Assembly (NCBI GenBank): GCA_945873475.1
Contig: CAMCDF010000001.1
Location: 1-49,059 of the forward strand
DNA: 49,059 nucleotides
Direction of reading: 5' to 3'
Source of the DNA: Bifidobacterium breve
Lineage (GTDB): Bacteria; Actinomycetota; Thermoleophilia; Miltoncostaeales; Miltoncostaeaceae
Positions 17,915-25,533 of this stretch are shown one piece after another. A program made the translations under genes and the position numbers. The notes below the pieces were generated by a model. It saw only the letters and a list, made by a program, of their open reading frames with translations. It did not search any database and had not been told where the DNA came from. Position 1 is the stretch's first letter. Each line of letters begins with the position of its first letter.

Positions 17915-17933
17915 GTCCCCGCCGAACGGGGAC
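17915..17933 (+). terminator. GC hairpin after the UbiD-family gene (weak terminator candidate, no U-tract)
   Basis: GTCCCCG-ccgaa-CGGGGAC, 16 nt after the stop codon. Confidence 0.3.
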
Positions 17934-18030
17934 AACCGGCCCGATCTCCGCCATTTGCGCTGGCTTTTCGCCCGGGTTCGCCTCCCCTCGGTTACTGTCA
18001 CGGGTCCAGTGAACGTCTACGGAGGTTGGA

Positions 18031-18900
18031 GTGGCTGAGGACGAGCCGAACGGCGGCGCGCCCGGGACGCAGGATGGTCCCTACACGGGCCCACGCGCGG
18101 CCGACTACGTGCCGGAGCCGGATCACTCCGACGACCCCGGTTACGTCACGCGCACGCGGTTCCTCTCCAACGTCGCCATCGCCGGCGGCGGTGTGCTGAC
18201 CGCGGCGATCCTCGTTCCCGTGGTCGGCTTCGCCGTCACCACGCCGCTCAAGCCCGAGGAGTTCCGCTGGGTCGACATCGGCCCCGCGAGCGACTACCTG
18301 AAGAACCCGCCGCCGTACACAAACCCGGCCCCCAGCACGAAGATCGGCGAGGTCGCCTCGCTGGCCGTGTCGGGTCCGTCGTCCGACGCCGACCGGCGCA
18401 TCTACGTGGTGTACGGGTTGAAGAACCCCTCCGCCCGGCCCCAGCCGAGCCCCGGTGAGGACACCAAGGTGTACGAGGCCAAGTTCGCCAAGTGGGCGTC
18501 CGGCCTCACCGCGGCCGACTTCGACCTGCTGGCCATCTGGAACCGCTGCGCCCACCTGGGCTGCCCGGTGGCCTACTCGCCCGGCTCTGCCGGATACGTG
18601 TGCCCGTGCCACGGTGGCGCCTACGACTCCCGCGGCCTCGTGACGGGCGGCCCGCCGCCGCGCCCGCTCGACCGCGTGGACATCAAGATCGTCGACTCGA
18701 GCAAGAGCTTCACGCCCGAGCAGGTCGAGGCCGGCAAGGACCGCGTGCCGCCCGCCGTGGCCGCCAAGAGCAGCAACCCGAACCTGCGCGTGCTGGTCGG
18801 CAAGCCGTACTCGATCGACGAGGCCCAGCAGCCCTTCGCGCTGCACGACCCCGGCATGCCGGTGTCGGGAACCCTCTCCCATCTCTACCCGTTCACCTAG
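18031..18900 (+). CDS. qcrA: Menaquinol:cytochrome c reductase Rieske iron-sulfur subunit
   Basis: 'CAHLGCPV' and 'CPCHGGAYD' Rieske boxes. N-terminal TM with 'TRTRFLSN'. GTG start behind GGAGG. Confidence 0.85.
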   Translation: MAEDEPNGGAPGTQDGPYTGPRAADYVPEPDHSDDPGYVTRTRFLSNVAIAGGGVLTAAILVPVVGFAVTTPLKPEEFRWVDIGPASDYLKNPPPYTNPAPSTKIGEVASLAVSGPSSDADRRIYVVYGLKNPSARPQPSPGEDTKVYEAKFAKWASGLTAADFDLLAIWNRCAHLGCPVAYSPGSAGYVCPCHGGAYDSRGLVTGGPPPRPLDRVDIKIVDSSKSFTPEQVEAGKDRVPPAVAAKSSNPNLRVLVGKPYSIDEAQQPFALHDPGMPVSGTLSHLYPFT

Positions 18901-18909
18901 GAGCCTGCG

Positions 18910-19743
18910 TTGACCACAAAGGACATCGGGCCGAAGAACGCGGTCCAGAAGGGCGCCGAGGGCACCATCGACTATGTCGATGAGCGCACCGGTGTAAAGA
19001 CGGGTACGCGCTGGTTCCTCTTCCGCAACATCCCGGCGGGCACCAGCTGGTTCCAGACCCTCGGCTTCACCGCCATGGTCGTGTTCGGCATGCAGGCCAT
19101 CACCGGGATCATCCTGGCGATGTACTACGTGCCCGATACCCGCGGTGGCGCCTACGAGAGCATCCAGCGCATCACCGAGGAGGTGACGTGGGGATGGCTC
19201 GTGCGTGGCATGCACAAGTGGGGCGCATCGGTGATGATCATCATCGTGTTCCTGCACATGGCGCGCGTGTTCATCTGGGGCGCCTACAAGTACCCGCGTG
19301 AGCTCACGTGGGTCACGGGTGCGATGCTTCTGCTGCTCACCATGTTCATGGGCCTCACCGGCTACCTGCTGGTGTGGGACCAGAAGGCATACTGGGCGAC
19401 CGTGGTGGCGGTGAACATCTTCGCCAGCGCGCCGATCGTCGGGCCGTACATCGGCGACATCCTGCGCGCCGGCCCCGAGTTCGGTCCATCCACGCTATCC
19501 CGCTTCTATTCAATCCATATGTTGGTGATACCAGCGGGTATAGCCACCTTCATAGGCCTGCACCTGTACTTCATCGTGCGCCTCGGCATCTCCGAGCCGC
19601 CGTGGTCGAAGCGCAGGCTCCGCATCGAACGGGATGAAGAGGACGCCCGGCGCAAGGCCGCGCGCGAGCGGGCGAAGGAACTGCCCGGCGCCGTGAACTA
19701 CCCGGCGACCTGGCCCGCGAAGGCCGAGGAGGCCGCACGATGA
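18910..19743 (+). CDS. qcrB: Cytochrome b6-type subunit (N-terminal four-helix half of cytochrome b)
   Basis: 277 aa. Helix B His pair 'H..(13)..H' in 'GMHKWGASVMIIIVFLHM'. Helix D pair with the extra residue typical of b6-type ('SIHMLVIPAGIATFIGLH'). TTG start behind AGGAG. Confidence 0.9.
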   Translation: MTTKDIGPKNAVQKGAEGTIDYVDERTGVKTGTRWFLFRNIPAGTSWFQTLGFTAMVVFGMQAITGIILAMYYVPDTRGGAYESIQRITEEVTWGWLVRGMHKWGASVMIIIVFLHMARVFIWGAYKYPRELTWVTGAMLLLLTMFMGLTGYLLVWDQKAYWATVVAVNIFASAPIVGPYIGDILRAGPEFGPSTLSRFYSIHMLVIPAGIATFIGLHLYFIVRLGISEPPWSKRRLRIERDEEDARRKAARERAKELPGAVNYPATWPAKAEEAAR

Positions 19744-20477
19744 AGCCGGCCGACAAGCGGGCATACGACAAGGACTACGCGAACGCGAAGAAGACCGGGA
19801 AGCCGTTCTTCCCGTACGCGATCTTCAAGGACACCATCATCGCCGGTCTCACGGTGGTGAGCATCATCGTCCTCGCGATCGTGGTGAAGGTGGAGGTCGG
19901 CGAGCCGGTGAACCCGGCCACCACCGACTTCGTGCCGAGGCCGGAGTGGTACTTCTACTTCGCCTTCGAGCTCCTGAAGATCTTCGCCAACCAGGATGTC
20001 CTCACCCCGGTGATCATGGCGACGTTCATGGTGCCGAACATCATGATCATCCTTCTGGTGGTCTGGCCGTTCATCGATCGCGGCCCCGAGCGGCGCATCT
20101 GGAAGAGGCCGTTCGCCATGGGCCTCGTGGTCATCGTTACCGGCATGCTCTGCTACCTGACGTACCTCGGGGCCCAGACGCCGGCTGGCGTCGCCAAGGG
20201 CGGCCTGCCCGTGAGCGGTCTCGACGAGGAGGCCACGAAGGGCATGGCGGTGTACATCGCCAACGGCTGCGGCAGTTGCCATATGGTGGCGGGCGTCGGA
20301 GCTCCCGGACCGGGGCCGGACCTCACGAACGAGGGGGCCAAGGGCTGGGACAACGCGAAGATGGTGGCGTGGCTCAAGGCGCCGAAGGCACCGATGCCGT
20401 CCTACGCATCGCTGTCGCCGGCAGACCTCGAGGCGCTGGCCACCTTCGTCAACGGGCTGGGGACGAAGTACAAGTAG
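19740..20477 (+). CDS. qcrC: Subunit IV (cytochrome b C-terminal half) fused to a monoheme cytochrome c
   Basis: 'PRPEWYFYFAFELLK' (PEWY Qo motif), three TM helices, and a C-terminal 'CGSCH' heme c site. ATGA overlap with qcrB. Confidence 0.85.
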   Translation: MKPADKRAYDKDYANAKKTGKPFFPYAIFKDTIIAGLTVVSIIVLAIVVKVEVGEPVNPATTDFVPRPEWYFYFAFELLKIFANQDVLTPVIMATFMVPNIMIILLVVWPFIDRGPERRIWKRPFAMGLVVIVTGMLCYLTYLGAQTPAGVAKGGLPVSGLDEEATKGMAVYIANGCGSCHMVAGVGAPGPGPDLTNEGAKGWDNAKMVAWLKAPKAPMPSYASLSPADLEALATFVNGLGTKYK

Positions 20478-20508
20478 GCCAGTCCCCACCTGTCGAACGG
20501 TCTTTCAC

Positions 20509-20541
20509 GGGGTCCCGCAAGTGCGGGACCCCGGCCGTTTT
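20509..20541 (+). terminator. Rho-independent terminator after qcrC
   Basis: GGGGTCCCGC-aagt-GCGGGACCCC (10-bp perfect stem) followed by ggccgTTTT. Confidence 0.6.
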
Positions 20542-20571
20542 GGGGGTTGGCGGGTCTACCATTCCAAGGCG

Positions 20572-21210
20572 ATGAGGATCTTCCTGGGGGTAACCGGAGC
20601 GAGCGGCGCCCTCTACGGGGGGCGGGCCCTCGCAGCACTGACCGAGGCCGGTCACCACGTGGGCCTGTGCGTGTCGGATGCCGGCGCGCGGGTGATCAGC
20701 CACGAGGTGCTCGGAGAGGGCCCGAGGCCGCATTCCTATCGCGACGTGGCGGAGCGATTCACCACCATGTTCGCGCGCTCGCCGGGTGCCGTGGACCTGC
20801 TGGCGGGTGATGACATCGCCTGCTCCTTCGCATCGGGTTCGGCAGGCGCCCGGATGGCCCTGGTGGCCCCCTGCTCCACATCCACACTGGGTCGCATCGC
20901 GGGCGGCACCGGTGACAACCTGATCCACCGCGTGGCCGAGGTGATGCTGAAGGAGCGCGGCACGCTGGTGCTCATCCCCCGCGAGACCCCCGTGTCGCTC
21001 ATCCAGCTTCGCAACATGGTCGCCGTCACCGAGGCGGGCGGCGTGGTGCTGCCGGCCTCACCCGGGCTGTACACCATGCCCGAGACCATCGAGGACATGG
21101 TCGACTTCGTTGTGGGCAAGGCGCTCGACGTGATGCGCATCGAGCACTCGCTGTTCCCCCGCTGGGGCCAGCCCGACGTGGCGGGAGTGCTGCCGGGGGA
21201 CGACTCATGA
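20572..21210 (+). CDS. ubiX: Flavin prenyltransferase UbiX
   Basis: 'MRIFLGVTGASGALYG' flavoprotein N-terminus. Start at ATG 20572. The annotated GTG 20521 lies inside the terminator hairpin. Confidence 0.85.
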   Translation: MRIFLGVTGASGALYGGRALAALTEAGHHVGLCVSDAGARVISHEVLGEGPRPHSYRDVAERFTTMFARSPGAVDLLAGDDIACSFASGSAGARMALVAPCSTSTLGRIAGGTGDNLIHRVAEVMLKERGTLVLIPRETPVSLIQLRNMVAVTEAGGVVLPASPGLYTMPETIEDMVDFVVGKALDVMRIEHSLFPRWGQPDVAGVLPGDDS

Positions 21211-21896
21211 GCACGGCGGCCATCGATCGCCGGGCGTTCGACACCATCGCGCCGCGCTACGACCTGGTGAGCGGGCTGCTGACCCTGGGGATGGGCGACC
21301 GCTGGCGCCGGGCGGCGGCCGAGGCGGCCGACCTCAGCGCCGGGCAGTCGGCACTCGACGCCTACACCGGCACCGGCGACCTGGCGCTCATGCTGGCCGA
21401 CCGCGTCACCCCCCTGGGTCGCGTGGTGGGCGTGGACCACTCCCCCGAGATGATCGCCCGGGCGCGCGTGAAGGCCGCCGCATCGCATCGCCCATGCCGG
21501 TTCGAGGTGGCCGACTGCACGTCGATGCCCTTCGCCGACGATGAGTTCGACGCCGCCACGGCGTCGGGGGGGCTGAGGAGCCTCGACGACCCGGCGCGGG
21601 GAGTGGCCGAGTTGGTGCGCGTGGTGCGCCCGGGGGGTCGCGTGGTGATCCTCGAGATCACACCGCCCGACAGGCTGCGCGGGGTGCACGGCCGCGTCAT
21701 GCGCTTCGCCACCCCCCTGGTTGGGGGCGCGCTCGGCGGCGACAGGGACGCCTTCCGCCACCTGGCGGACACCGTCGAGGGCGTGCCTGCGCCCGCCGAC
21801 ATGGCGGCAATCATGAGCGCCGCCGGCCTCAGCGACATCCGCTGGCGCAGGTTCGGCGGTGGCGTAGCCACGCTGCACCACGGGGTCGTGGCATGA
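21207..21896 (+). CDS. ubiE: Demethylmenaquinone methyltransferase (UbiE/MenG family)
   Basis: 229 aa class I SAM methyltransferase. 'YDLVSGLLTLGMGDRWRR' and 'LDAYTGTGD' match UbiE/MenG. ATGA coupling. Confidence 0.85.
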   Translation: MSTAAIDRRAFDTIAPRYDLVSGLLTLGMGDRWRRAAAEAADLSAGQSALDAYTGTGDLALMLADRVTPLGRVVGVDHSPEMIARARVKAAASHRPCRFEVADCTSMPFADDEFDAATASGGLRSLDDPARGVAELVRVVRPGGRVVILEITPPDRLRGVHGRVMRFATPLVGGALGGDRDAFRHLADTVEGVPAPADMAAIMSAAGLSDIRWRRFGGGVATLHHGVVA

Positions 21897-22864
21897 CCAC
21901 CGCACCGCCGGTCCTCGACTTCGTACGCCCCTTCCAGCCCTGGATGACCCAGTGCGAGGAGATGCTCAGCCGCTTCGCCGGGGGCCACGTGCCGGAGGTC
22001 TCGGGTCCCGCCATGGACACCCTGGTGGCGGGCGGCAAGCGGGTGCGCCCCATGATGGTGTTCTGCTGCTCGTCACGAACCGAGGAGTTCCGCCTCCCCC
22101 TCGTCAGCGCTGCCGCGGCCGTGGAGCTGGTGCACATGGCCACGCTGGTGCACGACGACCTGATCGACGGCGCCACCACGCGCCGTGGCCACCCCACTGT
22201 GGCGAGGGCGCACGGTGCGGACGCGGCCATAAACGTTGGCGACTTCCTCTTCGCGCGCGCATTCGCCGAGCTGACCCGCGTGGGGTCTCCCGCCGCCGTG
22301 AGCGCCCTGGCCGATGCGTCGCTCGACCTGGCGCGCGGCGAGATGGACCAGCAGCGGGCCTCGGGCGACCTGGGCCTGCCGGTCGACGCCTACATGGCCC
22401 GGTGCCGCCGCAAGACCGGCGCGCTGTTTGCCGTGGCCTGCCGTCTGGGCGCGCTGCTCTCGGGCGGCTCGGACGAGGCCCAGCTGCGCCTGGCGTCGTT
22501 CGGCACCCACGTGGGCGTGGCCTTCCAGATCCTCGATGACATCCTCGACCTCGCCGGCTCGCCGTCAGACACCGGCAAGCGCCGCGGCACGGACATCCTC
22601 AGCGGCACCGTCACGCTGCCGCAGATACTCGCGATCGCCCTCGAGCCCACGCTGGGCAACGAGATCGGCCGCGTGGCGGCGGGTGGCGAGGGGCTCGAGG
22701 CCCTGTGCGATCGCCTGGCGGCGCACCCCGGCACGGCCGCGGCGCGCCAGTGGGCGTTCGACGAGGTCGAGCGCGCCGTGACGTCGCTCGACGGCGACAT
22801 CGGTGGAGCCGACGCCGACGCCCTGCGGGTGATCGCCGCAGGAATGGTGGACAGGTACGCATGA
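21893..22864 (+). CDS. Long-chain polyprenyl diphosphate synthase
   Basis: 323 aa with both Asp-rich motifs ('LVHDDLID', 'FQILDDILD'). Confidence 0.85.
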   Translation: MTTAPPVLDFVRPFQPWMTQCEEMLSRFAGGHVPEVSGPAMDTLVAGGKRVRPMMVFCCSSRTEEFRLPLVSAAAAVELVHMATLVHDDLIDGATTRRGHPTVARAHGADAAINVGDFLFARAFAELTRVGSPAAVSALADASLDLARGEMDQQRASGDLGLPVDAYMARCRRKTGALFAVACRLGALLSGGSDEAQLRLASFGTHVGVAFQILDDILDLAGSPSDTGKRRGTDILSGTVTLPQILAIALEPTLGNEIGRVAAGGEGLEALCDRLAAHPGTAAARQWAFDEVERAVTSLDGDIGGADADALRVIAAGMVDRYA

Positions 22865-23322
22865 CGCGCGATGAGATCATCGCCATGCTCGAGGCACGCG
22901 ACCCGCTTGCGGCGGCCGAGGGAATCGCGCCGCCCACGGAGGTCGGCTGGATGCGCGAGCCCGTCGATGCCGACGGGGTCGTGGAGGTGCGCTACGGGGC
23001 CGGCACCACGCCCGCCCAGGTGGCAGACCAGCTGCTCGCCGTGGCGCGCGACACATCGGGCGCGCGGGCCGTGCAGCTGGTGCCGGGCGACGACTCCGCC
23101 GAGCGGCCCGGGTCGTGGGGCAACGAGGACCTGCTGGTGACCGCGGTCGCGCGCCGGGTTCTGCCCGACGTGGCGATACGGCCCCACTGGCGCACTCTGG
23201 GCGGCCCCGCCTGCCAGGTGGCCGTGTCGTTCGGTGCCGACGAGTGGGTGATCCCGCAGGACGACGATGCCGACCCCGACCGCCTGGCGGCAGCGGTGGG
23301 CGCGGTGGCGGTGGCGCGATGA
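22861..23322 (+). CDS. Hypothetical protein homologous to the C-terminal half of MqnC/MqnE/CofH radical-SAM barrels, with no CxxxCxxC
   Basis: 153 aa from ATG 22861, with ATGA overlaps on both sides. 'VRYGAGTTPAQVADQLLAVARDTSGARAV...EDLLVTAVARRVLPDVAIRPHW..LGGPACQVAVSFGADEW' parallels 'MMYGTVDSVDDRIEHLRVLRELQDETGGFRAF...ADYLLMNAVARLYLDNLPHMQSSWVTQGLRIGMLALEAGCDDM' of the gene at 24128. High GC3. Confidence 0.5.
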   Translation: MTRDEIIAMLEARDPLAAAEGIAPPTEVGWMREPVDADGVVEVRYGAGTTPAQVADQLLAVARDTSGARAVQLVPGDDSAERPGSWGNEDLLVTAVARRVLPDVAIRPHWRTLGGPACQVAVSFGADEWVIPQDDDADPDRLAAAVGAVAVAR

Positions 23323-24131
23323 GCGACCTGCGCGTGGGACGCATCAGCGCCCTCAACATGTTCCCGGTGTACCACCACCTCGAGCAGGCGCACCTGCCGG
23401 GCGTCACCTTCACCGACGGCCTGCCGTCCAGGCTCAACGCCGCCATGCTCGACGGATCGCTCGACGTCTCGGCGATGTCCAGCATCGCCTACGCGCGAAA
23501 TGCCGACCGCCTGCGGCTGCTGCCCGTGGGCTGCATCGCGTGCGAGGGCGCGGTCGACTCCATCCGCCTGTTCTCGCAGGTGCCGATCGACCAGGTGACG
23601 CGCGTGGCGGTCACGCCCCACAGCGCCAGCAGCGTCACCCTGCTGCGGGTGCTGCTGGGCCCCGACGTGCCGTTCAGGGTCCTGGCCCATGACGACGACG
23701 CGCCAGACGCCATTGCGGCCGGCGAGGCCGTGCTGCTCATCGCCGACGCCGCCCTGCTGGCCCACCGTGACGGGCTGGCCCGCCACTCCATCGACCTCGG
23801 CGAGGCCTGGCAGCAGCGCACGGGGCTGCCCATGGTGTTCGCCGTGTGGGCCGTGCGCGACGACGCCGCGGTGTCGCGGATGGCCGAGGTGGCCACCCTG
23901 TGCACGGCCATCGCCGACGCCGGTCATGCCTTCCGCGACGACCCCACGGGCATCGCGCACGTGGCCGCCGAGCGGTTCCCGTTCGACGAGCACTACATCC
24001 GCGGGTACCTGCAGCACCTGCGCTACGGGTTCGGCGACTCCGAGCGCGCCGGGCTGGCGCGCTTCCTCGAGCTGGCGCGCCGCGCCGGCGAGCTGCAGGA
24101 CGTCCCGGCGCTGGAGGCCCTGGCCGCATGA
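23319..24131 (+). CDS. mqnA: Chorismate dehydratase (futalosine pathway MqnA)
   Basis: 270 aa from ATG 23319. 'RVGRISALNMFPVYH', 'LDVSAMSSIAY' and 'LPMVFAVWAVR' are typical of the periplasmic-binding-protein-like MqnA family. Confidence 0.8.
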   Translation: MSDLRVGRISALNMFPVYHHLEQAHLPGVTFTDGLPSRLNAAMLDGSLDVSAMSSIAYARNADRLRLLPVGCIACEGAVDSIRLFSQVPIDQVTRVAVTPHSASSVTLLRVLLGPDVPFRVLAHDDDAPDAIAAGEAVLLIADAALLAHRDGLARHSIDLGEAWQQRTGLPMVFAVWAVRDDAAVSRMAEVATLCTAIADAGHAFRDDPTGIAHVAAERFPFDEHYIRGYLQHLRYGFGDSERAGLARFLELARRAGELQDVPALEALAA

Positions 24132-25219
24132 GCACCGCCACGCCCACCCGCCACCACGAGGTGATCGAGCGCCTCGACGCCGGCGAGCGCCTGGACGACG
24201 ACGGCGCCCGGGCGCTGCTGGAGTCGCGCGACGTGGTGGCCGTGGCCGCCGCCGCGCGGCGTGCGCGCGACCGCGTGACCAACCCGGACGAGGTCACCTT
24301 CGTCATCGACCGGAACGTCAACTACACCAACTTCTGCGTCACCGACTGCGACTTCTGCGCGTTCTACCGCCACCCGCGCGACCCCGAGGGGTACGTGCTG
24401 AGCAAGCCGGTGATCTTCCGGAAGATCGAGGAGACCCTCGACCTGGGTGGCACGGCGCTGCTGATGCAGGGGGGGCACCACCCGAACCTGCGCATCGAGT
24501 GGTACGAGGACCTCTTCCGCGACATCAAGCGCCGGTATCCGATCCACCTGCATGCGCTCTCGCCCAGCGAGGTGCTGCACATCGCCCACTACTCGAAGCT
24601 CGACCTGGGCGAGGTGCTCGACCGGCTCGTGGCCGCAGGGCTCGACTCCATCCCCGGGGGCGGCGCGGAGATCCTCGTTGACCGCGTGCGCGACGTCATC
24701 GCCCCGCGCAAGACCACCACGGCCGAGTGGATCGGCGTGATGCGCGAGGCCCACCTGCGAGGGCTGTCAACAAGCGCCACGATGATGTACGGCACCGTCG
24801 ACTCGGTCGACGACCGCATCGAGCACCTGCGCGTGCTGCGCGAGCTGCAGGACGAGACCGGCGGCTTCAGGGCCTTCGCATGCTGGTCGTACCAGCCCGG
24901 GGGCTGCTCGGCGCGCGGCGACGACCACCTGGGCCTCACGGCGGCCGACTACCTGCTGATGAACGCCGTGGCGCGCCTGTACCTCGACAACCTGCCGCAC
25001 ATGCAATCGTCGTGGGTCACCCAGGGCCTGCGCATCGGCATGCTGGCCCTCGAGGCCGGATGCGACGACATGGGATCAATCATGATCGAGGAGAACGTGG
25101 TGCGCGCCGCCGGCACCCAGTTCACCCTCGACACCCCGCGCATGGTCGAGGCCATCGAGGCCACGGGCCGCCGCGCGGTGCAGCGCGACACCCTCTACCG
25201 CGTGGTGAAGCGCTACTGA
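24128..25219 (+). CDS. mqnC: Radical SAM menaquinone biosynthesis enzyme, most likely cyclic dehypoxanthinyl futalosine synthase (MqnC); MqnE not excluded
   Basis: 363 aa from ATG 24128. 'NVNYTNFCVTDCDFCAFY' cluster motif, 'IPGGGAEIL', and 'ATMMYGTVDS...QDETGGFRAFACWSYQP' (W-containing MqnC-like rather than IPL-type). Confidence 0.7.
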   Translation: MSTATPTRHHEVIERLDAGERLDDDGARALLESRDVVAVAAAARRARDRVTNPDEVTFVIDRNVNYTNFCVTDCDFCAFYRHPRDPEGYVLSKPVIFRKIEETLDLGGTALLMQGGHHPNLRIEWYEDLFRDIKRRYPIHLHALSPSEVLHIAHYSKLDLGEVLDRLVAAGLDSIPGGGAEILVDRVRDVIAPRKTTTAEWIGVMREAHLRGLSTSATMMYGTVDSVDDRIEHLRVLRELQDETGGFRAFACWSYQPGGCSARGDDHLGLTAADYLLMNAVARLYLDNLPHMQSSWVTQGLRIGMLALEAGCDDMGSIMIEENVVRAAGTQFTLDTPRMVEAIEATGRRAVQRDTLYRVVKRY

Positions 25220-25524
25220 GAGATGGGCAGGCCCGCCTGGCTCCAGGCGACGATGCCGCCCTCCAGGTTGACCAGGCCCGAGAAGCCCTCGTTCTCCTCG
25301 AGGTAGCGGCACACGTTCTCGGAGCGGCCACCGCTGTGGCAGCTGAAGATGACCGTGCGGTCGCGGGGCACCTCGGGCAGGCGGTCGAGCAGGTCGCCCA
25401 TGGGGATGTGCACGGCGCCCGGGATGGCCGCCTGGGCCAGCTCGTCGTCCTCGCGCACGTCGATGATGACGGCGGTTCCGGCATCCATCGCCGCCTTGGC
25501 CTGCTGGGGGGTCATGAGTTCCAT
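25213..25524 (-). CDS. Single-domain rhodanese (sulfurtransferase)
   Basis: 103 aa with active-site loop 'CHSGGRS'. Lies 9 nt downstream of lipA on the same strand. The 3' end overlaps mqnC by 7 nt. Confidence 0.8.
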   Translation of the reverse strand: MELMTPQQAKAAMDAGTAVIIDVREDDELAQAAIPGAVHIPMGDLLDRLPEVPRDRTVIFSCHSGGRSENVCRYLEENEGFSGLVNLEGGIVAWSQAGLPISQ

Positions 25525-25533
25525 GCGTGCAAC

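Noticed and set aside
20521-20571. The GTG 20521 start for ubiX given in the ORF track.
   Set aside because: The codon lies inside the 10-bp terminator stem after qcrC. The conserved UbiX N-terminus ('MRIFLGVTGASG') begins at ATG 20572.
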